A DNA stretch of 63,624 nucleotides, filler included. It is 5 parts of 5 records of this genome, joined end to end, with 100 filler letters (N's around TTAATTAATTAA, not from the genome) between each part and the next. Parts side by side here need not be neighbours in the genome. Positions count along the whole stretch, not along the records: positions 17,726 to 25,666 come from SRR22947725_528; positions 25,767 to 54,417 come from SRR22947725_532; 3 more parts are not named here. One strand, written 5' to 3'. The position numbers and the translations under genes are program-made. Under the pieces are notes generated by a model. That model worked only from the letters and a program-made list of their open reading frames with translations. It did no database searches and had not been told where the DNA came from. This document shows, piece by piece, positions 20,053 through 30,781 of the stretch (positions are counted from its first letter, which is position 1; every line of letters begins with the position of its first letter).

Positions 20053-21795
20053 ATGATAAAATCCAAAACATTTAAAAGACTTTATAAAGATTATACAAGC
20101 AAATTTCTTGGTAAAATTTTATTAGCTGCTGTTTTCTCAGTATTAGTAGCACTAAGTACTTCTGCAACAGCATGGCTTTTAGATCCTGCAATTGAAAAAA
20201 TATTCATCAATAAAGATCAAACTTTGATTATTCTTATCCCTGTAGCAATTATTATTGCTTTTAGTGCAAAAGGTATCTCACTTTATTTTGCAAAACTAAT
20301 AATGATTAATGTATCTGAGGAAGTTAAAAAAATTTTACAAACTGATATGCTTAAATCTTTTATTAAAGCAGATACTGAAACTATAGATAGTAAGCACTCT
20401 GGTAAATATATTTCAAATTTAAATTTTGATGTAAATCAAATCACAAGAATGTTATCTGAGGCATATCTAAGTATTTTTAAAGATGGTCTTACATTAATAG
20501 GTTTGCTTTTTGTGATGTTTTTTCAAAACTGGAAACTATCTTTAATAGCAATTATTATGATTCCGCTTGCATCTATCACTGCAAAAATTTTAGGAAAAAG
20601 AATGAGTAAAATTTCAACTCAAGCACAAGAAAAATCAGGTGATTTAAATAGATACTTAATTGATCTTTTTAAAAATCATAAAATAATTAAAATTTTCCAA
20701 AGAGAAAATTTCGAAGAAAATAGATCTGAAAAGTTTGTAAATGATTTAAAAGAAAAATCTGCAAAAATCTCAGCTGTTTATATTAGGTCGGCACCAGTAA
20801 TGGAAATATTAACAGGTATAATGATTGCTATTTTGATATTTTATTCTGGAAAATTAATTATCAGTGGTGAATTAGCAATTAATAACTTTTTTTCATTTCT
20901 TGCTGCTATGATGTTGGCCTATCAGCCAGTAAAAACTCTTACAAAAGTTAATGTTGCAATATTCCAAGGATTTGCTGCTGCGGAGAGAATTCTTCCAATT
21001 ATAGATATTAAAAATGAAATTGATTTAAACATAGATAAAGATGAATTAGCAATTTCAAAAGGAGATATAATTTTTGAAAATGTTAATTTTACTTACAAGT
21101 CTAATCCACAAAATAGAGTGCTCCAAAACGTTAGTGCGAATTTTGCTGGAGGTAAAATGACTGCATTGGTTGGTCATAGTGGATCGGGTAAATCAACATT
21201 ACTTAATATGATTCCAAGAATATATGCCCCTACAGATGGAGGAATTTACCTAGATGGTCAAGATATATCAAAGTTTGATTTAGCATCTTTAAGAGAACAA
21301 ATTTCAATAGTAGATCAAAACACTACACTATTTGATGATACAGTTTTGAATAATATTAAATACGCTAGACCAGAAGCAAGTAATGAAGAGGTTTTTAAAG
21401 CTGCTGAACATTCAATGTGTGCTGAGTTCATTAACAATTTAGAGAATGGTTATGAAACAATGATTGGTGAGAATGGAGTAAAATTATCTGGTGGAGAAAA
21501 ACAAAGATTGTCAATAGCAAGAGCTTTTCTAAAAAAAAGTAAAATAATATTACTAGATGAGGCCACTTCATCATTAGACTCTAAAACTGAAGAAAAAATT
21601 CAAAAAGCACTGGATCAATTAATTTTAAATAAAACAACAATTGTAATTGCTCATAGATTATCAACAATCCTTAACTCAGATAAAATATATGTTGTTGATA
21701 GTGGTAAAATCATTGACTCAGGAAAACATGATGAACTTTTAATGCAATCAAAAGTCTACAAAAATTTCTATGAAAGACAAATTAAAGAACGTTGA
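20053..21795 (+). CDS. msbA: Lipid A export ABC transporter, MsbA-like
   Basis: TMD+NBD fusion; GHSGSGKST, LSGGEKQR, LLDEATSSLD; adjacent to waaA and lpxK. Confidence 0.85.
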   Translation: MIKSKTFKRLYKDYTSKFLGKILLAAVFSVLVALSTSATAWLLDPAIEKIFINKDQTLIILIPVAIIIAFSAKGISLYFAKLIMINVSEEVKKILQTDMLKSFIKADTETIDSKHSGKYISNLNFDVNQITRMLSEAYLSIFKDGLTLIGLLFVMFFQNWKLSLIAIIMIPLASITAKILGKRMSKISTQAQEKSGDLNRYLIDLFKNHKIIKIFQRENFEENRSEKFVNDLKEKSAKISAVYIRSAPVMEILTGIMIAILIFYSGKLIISGELAINNFFSFLAAMMLAYQPVKTLTKVNVAIFQGFAAAERILPIIDIKNEIDLNIDKDELAISKGDIIFENVNFTYKSNPQNRVLQNVSANFAGGKMTALVGHSGSGKSTLLNMIPRIYAPTDGGIYLDGQDISKFDLASLREQISIVDQNTTLFDDTVLNNIKYARPEASNEEVFKAAEHSMCAEFINNLENGYETMIGENGVKLSGGEKQRLSIARAFLKKSKIILLDEATSSLDSKTEEKIQKALDQLILNKTTIVIAHRLSTILNSDKIYVVDSGKIIDSGKHDELLMQSKVYKNFYERQIKER

Positions 21796-23033
21796 TGTAT
21801 TTTATTTACAATATACTCACAAATTTAGCTATCATCATATCACCTGCAATCATTCTATATCGAATATTAAAAGGTAAAGAAGATATAAAAAGAGTTGGGG
21901 AAAAATTTTGTATTTATTCTCAAAAAAAAAATAAAAAAAAAATTTGGATACATGCAGCAAGTGTTGGTGAACTAATGAGTATAGTTCCAATTATACAAAA
22001 GCTAGAAAAAAATAAAAAAATAAAAAATATTTTACTGTCAACGACAACTACTAGTTCAGCAAAAATTTTTAAAAAACAAAGATTAAAAAAAACAACACAT
22101 GTATATTTTCCATTAGATAATAACTGTATAGTGAACAAATTTATTAAATGTTGGAATCCAGAACTAGCAATTTTTATAGATTCAGAAATATGGCCCAATA
22201 TGTTTCGCAATTTAAAATTAAATAATATTCCAATTATAATTATGAATGCAAGAATTACAGAACGTAGTTTTAATAAATGGCAGATTTTTCCAAGTTTTGC
22301 AAAACAAGTTTTTGGAAACATTTCTTTAGCATTGCCTCAAAACCTTGAAACTTTAAAATATTTAAAGTTTTTAAAAGTTAAAGATATAAAATCAGCAGGT
22401 AATTTGAAATATTATGGTCAAAAAAATAATCAAAAAAATGAGTCAAAATTATTAAAACATAAATTTAAAAATCATAAAGTATGGTGTGCTGCTAGTACTC
22501 ATAAAGATGAGGAGATATTAATTGGAAAATTACATAAGAAGCTTAAAAAGAGAGAAAAAAAATTAATCACAATTATAATTCCAAGACATGTAAATAGAAC
22601 TAATGAAATTATAGATAGTTTAAATAATCTTGATCTTAATTGTATTATACATTCTTCAAATCAAAAACTTAAAGAAGATACAGATGTATATTTGGTTGAT
22701 AGCTATGGTGAGTCATCTAAGTTTTATAATTTAACAAATGTATGTTTTGTAGGAGGATCAATAATAAATCATGGAGGTCAAAATCCATTGGAACCTACAA
22801 GGTTAGGAAATTACATAATTAATGGACCCAATGTAAAAAACTTCAAAGAAATATATGCTTTTTTAAATGATCTTAAAATATCATCATCTACATCTAATAT
22901 TTTAAAAATGGAAAATATAATATTAAAAAAATTAAAAACTAAAATCCCTGATAAAAATATAAAAAAAATTATTTCGATTGGAAATGATGTTCTTGAGAAA
23001 AATTTATTTTATATAAATAAATACTTAATATGA
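21792..23033 (+). CDS. waaA: Kdo transferase
   Basis: IWIHAASVGE, DSEIWPN, AASTH, IPRH, GGQNPLEP. Confidence 0.92.
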   Translation: MMYFIYNILTNLAIIISPAIILYRILKGKEDIKRVGEKFCIYSQKKNKKKIWIHAASVGELMSIVPIIQKLEKNKKIKNILLSTTTTSSAKIFKKQRLKKTTHVYFPLDNNCIVNKFIKCWNPELAIFIDSEIWPNMFRNLKLNNIPIIIMNARITERSFNKWQIFPSFAKQVFGNISLALPQNLETLKYLKFLKVKDIKSAGNLKYYGQKNNQKNESKLLKHKFKNHKVWCAASTHKDEEILIGKLHKKLKKREKKLITIIIPRHVNRTNEIIDSLNNLDLNCIIHSSNQKLKEDTDVYLVDSYGESSKFYNLTNVCFVGGSIINHGGQNPLEPTRLGNYIINGPNVKNFKEIYAFLNDLKISSSTSNILKMENIILKKLKTKIPDKNIKKIISIGNDVLEKNLFYINKYLI

Positions 23034-23953
23034 AGCTAATCAAACCTAAATTTTGGGACACAAAAAATTTTTTATCATTTATACTCTACCCTTTATCAGC
23101 TATTACTTATTTAATTAATATTATAAAAAAATTATCTAATAAAAAAAAATTTGAAATTAAAACTATTTGTATTGGTAATATATTTGTGGGTGGCACAGGC
23201 AAAACCTCTTTGGCAATAGAAATAAATCAATTACTCAAAAAAAAATTTAAGACTGTATTTATAAAAAAAAATTATGAAAATCAGTTAGATGAAATTACTT
23301 TATTAAGCAATACAGGTAATATTATTTCTGCAACAAGTAGAGAAAGTGCACTTTTATCTGCTGTAAATAAAAAATATCAACTAGCAATTTTAGATGATGG
23401 CTTACAACAAAAAAATATAAATTATGATTTGAAGATAGCATGTTTTAACTCAAAATATGCAATTGGAAATGAATATATGCTTCCTGCAGGACCGCTGAGA
23501 GAGAATTTAAAAGAAATTAAAAATTATGATTTAATTTTCTTAAATGGAGAGAAAAAAAATAGCAAACTTTTATCTAAGTTAAGATCTATAGATAAAAATT
23601 TAAAAATATTTCAAGGAATTTATAAACCGTTAAATTTAAAAAATTTTGACCTAAAAAATAAATACCTTATGTTCTGCGGCATTGGAAACCCACATGAGTT
23701 TGAACAAACGCTAATTAAATATAAGTTTAACATAAGTAAAAAAATAATTTATCCTGATCACTACAAACTTACAAATACTGATCTAAAACAATTAATTGAT
23801 AAAGCTAAAAAAGAAAATTTAGTTTTAGTAACAACAGAAAAAGATTTCTTTCGGTTAAATAAATCTCAAAGAAAAAATATAAAATTTTTGAAAATTAAGT
23901 TAGAAATTAAAGATAAAAAAAATCTAGAAAAAATTCTAATATCAAAATTATGA
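23030..23953 (+). CDS. lpxK: Tetraacyldisaccharide 4'-kinase
   Basis: IGNIFVGGTGKT, LDDGLQ, LPAGPLRE, GIGNP, PDHY, TTEKD. Confidence 0.95.
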   Translation: MKLIKPKFWDTKNFLSFILYPLSAITYLINIIKKLSNKKKFEIKTICIGNIFVGGTGKTSLAIEINQLLKKKFKTVFIKKNYENQLDEITLLSNTGNIISATSRESALLSAVNKKYQLAILDDGLQQKNINYDLKIACFNSKYAIGNEYMLPAGPLRENLKEIKNYDLIFLNGEKKNSKLLSKLRSIDKNLKIFQGIYKPLNLKNFDLKNKYLMFCGIGNPHEFEQTLIKYKFNISKKIIYPDHYKLTNTDLKQLIDKAKKENLVLVTTEKDFFRLNKSQRKNIKFLKIKLEIKDKKNLEKILISKL

Positions 23954-24810
23954 AAAAAATATTTTACTTTTTAGAATTCATTATAATCAAAATTTTATTC
24001 ATTTTTTTTCAGATAATAGGATATCGGCTTTCATCAAATTTAGGTTTTTTTATTGGAAGAACGATTGGTCCAATATTTAGATCAAAAAAAACAATCATTC
24101 AAAATTTAGATAAAGCAAATATTAAAGAAAGTAAAAATCCATCAAAAATAGCTTCTAATGTACTTGGTAATTACGGAAGAATTTTTGCCGAATACGTCTA
24201 TTTAAAAAAATTTAGAAACAATGAACTAAAAAAATATGTCTCAATAGATGGTCTAGAGCATTTAGAAAATTTAAAAAAAAATAATAAAAAAGCTGTATTT
24301 ATTTCCGGTCATTTTAACAATTTTGAACTTATGGCAATGGAGATAGAAAAAGCAGGAATTGAGCTGGCTGCAATCTATAGACCTTTAAATAATATTTTTT
24401 TGAACAAAACAATGGAGAAAATTAGAAAAGAAAATATTTGCAAAAATCAAATTAAAAAAGGAAGAGCTGGTAGTCGTGAAATAATTAAAAATGTAATTAA
24501 AGGTAAATCAATAGCTTTGATGATAGATCAGCGGGTTAGAGAGGGAGAAAAAGTAAAATTTTTTAACAATTTAGCAACTACCACAACAATACCTGCCCAA
24601 TTAGTAAAAAAATACAATTGTGAGTTAGTACCTATTTATATTGAAAGAAAGAATTCAAATTATTTTAAAATTTATATCTCAGAACCAATCAAAATAAGTA
24701 AAACAAAGTCAATCTTAGAAATTACTGAATTTCTCAACCAAGTCCTTGAAAAAATGATTTTAAAAAATGTTGATCAGTGGATCTGGACACATGATCGATG
24801 GAAAAGTTAA
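23950..24810 (+). CDS. lpxL: Lipid A late acyltransferase (LpxL/HtrB family)
   Basis: SGHFNNFE (HxxxxE), IYRPLNN, MIDQ, QWIWTHDRWK. Confidence 0.88.
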   Translation: MKKIFYFLEFIIIKILFIFFQIIGYRLSSNLGFFIGRTIGPIFRSKKTIIQNLDKANIKESKNPSKIASNVLGNYGRIFAEYVYLKKFRNNELKKYVSIDGLEHLENLKKNNKKAVFISGHFNNFELMAMEIEKAGIELAAIYRPLNNIFLNKTMEKIRKENICKNQIKKGRAGSREIIKNVIKGKSIALMIDQRVREGEKVKFFNNLATTTTIPAQLVKKYNCELVPIYIERKNSNYFKIYISEPIKISKTKSILEITEFLNQVLEKMILKNVDQWIWTHDRWKS

Positions 24811-25001
24811 TTGTCTTCTTTTTCTCTTTTAATTGAAGACTCAACATAAGAAAAATAGGCTTCTTGCTTTTCGACATTCCAATAATTCAAACTTTCCAAA
24901 GGGATTTTTTTTTTGGAAATTGCACAAATTACATGGTCACCTTCTTCAATGATTTGAAAATTATTTGGCATATATTTTAATTTAGCTAATTTATTTTTCA
25001 T
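24807..25001 (-). CDS. DUF2093-like small protein
   Basis: A.LKY....FQII..GDHVICAIS.KKIPL..L.YWNVEKQEAY, a pattern typical of this alphaproteobacterial family. Confidence 0.8.
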   Translation of the reverse strand: MKNKLAKLKYMPNNFQIIEEGDHVICAISKKKIPLESLNYWNVEKQEAYFSYVESSIKREKEDN

Positions 25002-25024
25002 TTATAAGATATATAAATATTAAT

Positions 25025-25666
25025 ATGAAAATTGCAATTATAGGTAGCGGTGGTAGAGAACACGCATTAGCTTCAACAATATCTAAATCTTCTTCTGTAA
25101 AAGAAATTTTTTGTATTCCAGGAAATGCTGGAACTTCAAAAATTGCAACTAATGTAATACTAGATATTGATGAGTTTGATAAAGTGCATAAATTTATTAA
25201 TGACAATTCTATAGATTTAGTTGTCGTAGGTCCTGAACAACCTTTAGTAAATGGAATTGTAGACTATTTAGAAAAGTTCAACATAAAAGTGTTTGGACCT
25301 AACAAAATCGCTTCTCAACTAGAGGGATCTAAAATTTTTACTAAAAAACTCTGTAAAAAATATGATATTCCTACTGCTAACTTTGGTATTTTTGAAAATA
25401 AAATTGATGCCAAAAAATTTTTAGAAAATGCTAAATATCCAAATGTAATTAAAGCAGATAACTTGGCTGCAGGCAAAGGAGTGTATATTTGCAATAATGA
25501 ACAAGAAAGTTTCATGGCAGTTGAAGAAATATTTAATGGAAAATTTGGAGAAGCTAAAAATGTTCTTATAGAGGAATTTCTTAAAGGTGAAGAGATGAGC
25601 TATTTTATAATTAGCGATGGAAACACCATTAAAAGTTTTGAAACTGCACAAGATCATAAAAGAGTT
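25025..25666 (+). CDS. purD: Phosphoribosylamine--glycine ligase, 3'-truncated
   Basis: IGSGGREHALA, PGNAG, VVGPEQPL, LEGSKIF, LAAGKGV, AQDHKR. Confidence 0.96.
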
Positions 25667-25766
25667 NNNNNNNNNNNNNNNNNNNNNNNNNNNNNNNNNN
25701 NNNNNNNNNNTTAATTAATTAANNNNNNNNNNNNNNNNNNNNNNNNNNNNNNNNNNNNNNNNNNNN
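25667..25766. other. Artificial contig spacer
   Basis: 44 N + TTAATTAATTAA + 44 N. Confidence 0.98.
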
Positions 25767-25910
25767 AGAGGAAAAGCCATAAATGCAGCATCAACTATGG
25801 AAATTGATGAAGTTATTGATCCATCACATACCAGAGATAGAATTTTAGATGCTTTAAATAGTTATAGTCCTAAAGAAATTAATAGTAAAAAAACTATAGA
25901 TTCATGGTAA
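25767..25910 (+). CDS. C-terminal fragment of an acyl-CoA carboxylase carboxyltransferase domain (not in the ORF track)
   Basis: Manual translation: RGKAINAASTMEIDEVIDPSHTRDRILDALNSYSPKEINSKKTIDSW*. EID.VIDP..TR and terminal ID.W are typical. Confidence 0.72.
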   Translation, partial: RGKAINAASTMEIDEVIDPSHTRDRILDALNSYSPKEINSKKTIDSW

Positions 25911-25942
25911 TAAAAAAGCCTCGATAATTCGAGGCTTTTTTA
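25911..25942. terminator. Bidirectional intrinsic terminator
   Basis: TAAAAAAGCCTCGA-TAAT-TCGAGGCTTTTTTA, a perfect stem with A and T tracts between convergent genes. Confidence 0.9.
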
Positions 25943-25957
25943 TTAATAATTATTTTT

Positions 25958-26881
25958 TTATTTCAATAAAGATGCATTCCAATATGCATTTCTTTGAGTA
26001 ATTTTACCATCTTCATCAAAATCATCTAAATAAAAAACAGGAACTATAACTTTTTTATTATCTGATTGTCTAACCATTGTGAAATTCCACCAAGACTGAA
26101 CTACTTTTGAATCTCTCCAATCATACTCAAGGTAATCAGGATATCCAGTTTCGTCAAGTGAAGTAATTGTCCATCCAGAAAGTAATTTTGCATCTCTTGC
26201 TCTAATTTCATCTTCATTCATTCCTTTTGTTTCATTAATATCAACATAATTTGCATTTTCGTGAAAGAAACTAAAAGCTTTATCTACATCTCCGTTTGCA
26301 AATGCATACATAAGCTTCCTAACAGAATTAATATGCTCATGATTCATATATATAGTACCGTTCTTTCTTTCATAAAAACTGTCAGTAACCATTGAAAAGT
26401 TAGAGCTGTTATTATACTCATGTATTCTAGTAATTTTAGTATTATCTTCATTAAGAACATATCCTCTTAATATTGGAGAATCAAACTTAACACCAGTTGT
26501 TTTATTTACAGCGTATAAGTGATTCCATGAAAAAACCCAATTTCCAGATTTATCATATTCTAAAGCATCAGGGTAAGAACCTTCACTTCTTTCAAAACTT
26601 AGATACTCCCAATTATTTATCCATGAGTTCATATTAGCAATGATAGCCGATTTACCCCAACCCTTACTTTCTTTATTCATCGTCAAAGAATTATAGATTC
26701 TGAAATCTTCAGACAAGAAAGAAGAAGCTTTTTGAATATCACCATCTACGAATGCCTTATGAAAAGATTCTACCAAATCAATACCTGGATGTTCAATGTA
26801 AAGATTTCCATTCTTCTTTTTTTTCTGAGCACTAACAGAAAATGTTATCAGTGCTATTAAAATTAATGTAATTTTTTTCAT
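25958..26881 (-). CDS. Secreted protein with two tandem NTF2/SnoaL-like domains
   Basis: Signal peptide ending VSA|Q. Internal repeat: NGNLYIEHP...YPDALEYD versus NGTIYMNHE...YPDYLEYD. Confidence 0.65.
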   Translation of the reverse strand: MKKITLILIALITFSVSAQKKKKNGNLYIEHPGIDLVESFHKAFVDGDIQKASSFLSEDFRIYNSLTMNKESKGWGKSAIIANMNSWINNWEYLSFERSEGSYPDALEYDKSGNWVFSWNHLYAVNKTTGVKFDSPILRGYVLNEDNTKITRIHEYNNSSNFSMVTDSFYERKNGTIYMNHEHINSVRKLMYAFANGDVDKAFSFFHENANYVDINETKGMNEDEIRARDAKLLSGWTITSLDETGYPDYLEYDWRDSKVVQSWWNFTMVRQSDNKKVIVPVFYLDDFDEDGKITQRNAYWNASLLK

Positions 26882-26951
26882 AATATTATATTTGATTAAT
26901 AATACTAAAATATAAAATATTTTAAAAAAAACATTCTTTTAAGAACGTTAA

Positions 26952-27596
26952 TTATTTTTTAACAACAATAAATGTGGCTTTAGCTCCTGTAGAAAGATTC
27001 CACTGGTTAGAAGATATTAAAGAATTCGAATCATCAAAGACTCTTAATTCAGCTGTATTTGGTCCAGAACTACCTTGATTTAAAGCAGTAAAATCAATTT
27101 TATTAAAGCCTTTAGAAAGTGGTAGTTTAAATCCAGAAAAAGTAGATTCTAAATACAAATTATAAATAACTATAGAATCATTTACAGAAATTCTTACTCT
27201 GTCTCCGTCGACATATTCGAAGTCTCTACATAATATATTTACGTAGCTTGAGCCAGTAGAAACATCTCCTAAATATGCACCCTTATTATAATCATTTGGT
27301 TTCTTGTCTTTTTCTCTATTTAATTTTTTCAAATAAATATCACCAGGATTTAAAAAATTTTCTTTTTTGTCTAATCTCTTTACTGTCGAAGATTTTTCTT
27401 TTTTCTTTAAGGAAAAATAATTAGGATTTGTGGGAGTTATATCTAATTTTTTTATAGCTGCTGAAGCTGGTGGTAAAAGTTCAATTTTTCTTTTTGAATT
27501 TTCAATTTGAGAATAGCTAACAAGGGAAATAGTTAGAAAAAAAATAAGATTAATTCTAATTGATTTTATGCTATTTAAAAAAAAATTAAATTTCAT
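26952..27596 (-). CDS. Conserved flavobacterial secreted hypothetical protein
   Basis: Signal peptide (SYS|Q); C-terminal beta-rich domain with RDFEYVDGDRV and DFTALNQGSSGPNTAE. Confidence 0.55.
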   Translation of the reverse strand: MKFNFFLNSIKSIRINLIFFLTISLVSYSQIENSKRKIELLPPASAAIKKLDITPTNPNYFSLKKKEKSSTVKRLDKKENFLNPGDIYLKKLNREKDKKPNDYNKGAYLGDVSTGSSYVNILCRDFEYVDGDRVRISVNDSIVIYNLYLESTFSGFKLPLSKGFNKIDFTALNQGSSGPNTAELRVFDDSNSLISSNQWNLSTGAKATFIVVKK

Positions 27597-27655
27597 AATT
27601 TATTACACGCAAATATGATGCCTTTTAAATAATATAATCTAAAAATAAAGTTAAA

Positions 27656-30600
27656 TTACTTAAAATATTTCTTGTGTTTGAAATAAGAAGCAAAACCAAG
27701 AACAAAAACAAATAAGCCTGAATAGTACACAAAATCAGGTGTAATTATTTTATCTCCACTTGCATAAGAATGTAATCCTGATAAGTAAAAGTTAACACCA
27801 AAATAAGTCATTAATATACTAGCATAAGCAATTATTGACATTAAATTGAAAATCCATTTCCCTCTCAAACCAGGTATTAAACGCATGTGTAAAATAAAAG
27901 CATAAATCATAATACTAATTAATGCCCATGTTTCTTTTGGATCCCATCCCCAATATCTTCCCCAACTTTCATTAGCCCATTGACCACCAAGAAAATTACC
28001 AATTGTAAGCATTATTAATCCTACGGTAATTGTTAACTCATTAATAATTGTTAACTCTTTTAAATTTAAATCAATTTTTTTCTTATTTTTTTCATTTGTA
28101 ATTAAAATAAGAAACAACGAAACTATTCCAAGTATCATTCCTAGTGTTAATGGACCATAACTACCAACTATAACTGAAACATGAATCATTAACCAATAAC
28201 TATCTAAAACAGGAACTAAATTTGCAATTTCAGGATCCATCCAACTCCAATGAGCAATCATCAATATCATAGCAGCAACAAACGAGGTTGAAGCTAAGGT
28301 TAAATCAGATTTTCTACCAAAAGCTAATCCAATTCCGACAGTTGCCCAGGCTAAATAAATCATTGATTCATAAGCATCACTCCAGGGAGCATGACCAGAA
28401 ATATACCATCGTGCAATTAATCCTAAAGTGTGTATAACAAATAGTAAAACAATAGAATACTTTGAAATAACAATAAGATAATTTAAAAACTTTTTATCGT
28501 TAAAAATTTGAAATATTAGAAAAATAAACATGAAAGCTCCAACATACATGTACCAACTAAATAAACTTCTAAATATATCATACTTATTATACAAGATTTC
28601 TGCGTTTATTTTATCTTCAGAGGGTAATACTGAGGAACCATACTTGTTTTGAAAGCCTTTTATACTTTCTAAGATTTTAGTTGAATTTGCATAATCATTA
28701 ATTTCTACGTCATTCTTTAACGACCCAATATAAAGTGGTAAAATATTTTTAACATATAATGAATCTATTCCCTTAAAATCGTTAGTATTTAAATCTTTAA
28801 AAGAAACCCACTTATTATTTACATCATTTGGAATTGGAAAAATTGTTAAAATTTTTCCATCTAAAGCTGAAAACAATAAATTAACTTTTCTGTCAGTTTC
28901 TATAAAGTCTTTTTCAAACGCGTTAGGCAACGCAGATTTATAAGATCTTTCAAGCTGCTTAGCAATTTTATAATTTCCTTTCTCATCAAAGAAATCAACA
29001 AAAGCAGCGTATTTATCTTTATTATTTCTTCCAATAATTTTACGCAAACTATCGTTCCCTCTTTTTAAATATATAATTGGAACATTATACCAAAGTAAAG
29101 GATCTTTAGTAATAGATAACAAAAATTGATCAGCATTTAAATTTTTATAAGAATCCGATTTACTAACTTTTCTTAAAACCTCTGAAGCAAAAGTATTTAA
29201 AGGCTTCATTCTTCCACCAGAGTCTTGTATAACTATACTACCAAATTTAGATGCATGCGATTCATCAACTGGATTGTTGATAATAATAGAATCGATCTGA
29301 CTTAAATTAATTTTTTGTTGATGATCATGTGAATCCTGAGAATAAATTAATCCCGAAAATAAAATTAATATCAGTGTTAAATTTTGTTTTTTTATTTTAA
29401 CTTTTTCCAATTGCTTAGCTAAATCTTTAAATCGTGTTTTTCCAAAAAACATAATTCCTAATAATCCTATGTAAAGTAAAAAATAACCTATATAAGTAAT
29501 TAATGTTCCAAAATAATCATGATTTACAGAAAGTACTGTACCTTTTTCATCTGGATCAAAACTAGCTTGAAAAAATCTATAACCTGAGTGATTCAAAATA
29601 TGATTCATATAAATATCGTAGTCAAATGACTCTCCATCAATTACTGTAACTTTACTCATAAAACTACTGTAACTTTTTTCGGTCCCAGGATACTTTTCAG
29701 CTATAAAATCATTTAACTTTATTTCGAAAGGCAACTTGTTTTCAAGTGAACCATATTTTAATAAAAATTCTAAACCACCTACTTCAATTTTTTCTGGATC
29801 ATTAACTATTCCTTTGGCTCCTAATAACCCTATTTCTTTATAATCTCCGTTTGATGAAACTTTTAGAAACAGACCATCTTGTTGTGTTTCTTCATCAGAT
29901 TTAATAATTTCAAATCTTCCATTTATTACAGGATTTGGGAAAACGAATTGTAATCCAGCAACGTTATACAATGATCTTAATAATAATACTTGATCAGTAT
30001 TTTGTTTGAGATTTCCTTGCATTTGGTCTGCCATACGCATATAATCTCCAGAAAAAGGACTATTAATAATTAATTCATTGCCGGAATCACTAATATTTAT
30101 TGCTCCTTCTGTTGGTTTGTTTAACGCAAATAATATGTTGTGAACGCTAGTTACTTCTCCAAATTTTAAAAAATGTTCATGACGATTTCCTTTACTAGCC
30201 TCAACAATTTTTAAATATTTTTCTCCATTTTCATTTTCAATTAATTCTTTTTTTGCATTTTCAATAAAATCTATGTATTCAATGGTAAAATCCTGACCTT
30301 TAAAATCATAATTCCAACTAAAGTCATTATTTGTATGTTCAGAAAATAAAAAATCATCTTTTAACATTTTTCTACTAACCTCTCCATTTACTTCTCCATC
30401 TACAACAGCTGTTAAATAAGTTTTTTCAGAAAGAAAACTATTTGAAGTTGAGTTTTCTCTTATTGGCATAACACCTTCATAACCTATATATCTGGTCACA
30501 CCTGCTCCTACAATTATTAGAATCCATGAAATATGAAGCATTAAAACTGGCCATTTATTAAACTTTAAAAGGTTATATCTTTTAATGTTAAATAAAAAAT

Positions 30601-30781
30601 TTATAACAAAAACTACTAAAATAAGCTCAAACCAAGTAGCATTATAAATTAAAATTTTTGCAGTTACTGTTCCGTAGTCATTTTCAATGAATGTTCCTAT
30701 TGCCATTGCAAATGCATAAAAAATAAATAAAAAAGCAGTAAGTCGGGTTGATACTAGAAAAGATATTAATTTTTTACCCAT
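27656..30781 (-). CDS. ccsA: System II cytochrome c synthase, CcsB-CcsA fusion
   Basis: N-terminal ResB-like region (LHISW...GAGVTRY, YRFFQASFDPDEKGT) and WWD motif GQWANESWGRYWGWDPKETW, GLHSYA. Confidence 0.92.
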   Translation of the reverse strand: MGKKLISFLVSTRLTAFLFIFYAFAMAIGTFIENDYGTVTAKILIYNATWFELILVVFVINFLFNIKRYNLLKFNKWPVLMLHISWILIIVGAGVTRYIGYEGVMPIRENSTSNSFLSEKTYLTAVVDGEVNGEVSRKMLKDDFLFSEHTNNDFSWNYDFKGQDFTIEYIDFIENAKKELIENENGEKYLKIVEASKGNRHEHFLKFGEVTSVHNILFALNKPTEGAINISDSGNELIINSPFSGDYMRMADQMQGNLKQNTDQVLLLRSLYNVAGLQFVFPNPVINGRFEIIKSDEETQQDGLFLKVSSNGDYKEIGLLGAKGIVNDPEKIEVGGLEFLLKYGSLENKLPFEIKLNDFIAEKYPGTEKSYSSFMSKVTVIDGESFDYDIYMNHILNHSGYRFFQASFDPDEKGTVLSVNHDYFGTLITYIGYFLLYIGLLGIMFFGKTRFKDLAKQLEKVKIKKQNLTLILILFSGLIYSQDSHDHQQKINLSQIDSIIINNPVDESHASKFGSIVIQDSGGRMKPLNTFASEVLRKVSKSDSYKNLNADQFLLSITKDPLLWYNVPIIYLKRGNDSLRKIIGRNNKDKYAAFVDFFDEKGNYKIAKQLERSYKSALPNAFEKDFIETDRKVNLLFSALDGKILTIFPIPNDVNNKWVSFKDLNTNDFKGIDSLYVKNILPLYIGSLKNDVEINDYANSTKILESIKGFQNKYGSSVLPSEDKINAEILYNKYDIFRSLFSWYMYVGAFMFIFLIFQIFNDKKFLNYLIVISKYSIVLLFVIHTLGLIARWYISGHAPWSDAYESMIYLAWATVGIGLAFGRKSDLTLASTSFVAAMILMIAHWSWMDPEIANLVPVLDSYWLMIHVSVIVGSYGPLTLGMILGIVSLFLILITNEKNKKKIDLNLKELTIINELTITVGLIMLTIGNFLGGQWANESWGRYWGWDPKETWALISIMIYAFILHMRLIPGLRGKWIFNLMSIIAYASILMTYFGVNFYLSGLHSYASGDKIITPDFVYYSGLFVFVLGFASYFKHKKYFK

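Noticed and set aside
25025-25910. Apparent purD continuation or fusion with a carboxyltransferase tail
   Set aside because: The two parts are separated by an artificial spacer and belong to different contigs.
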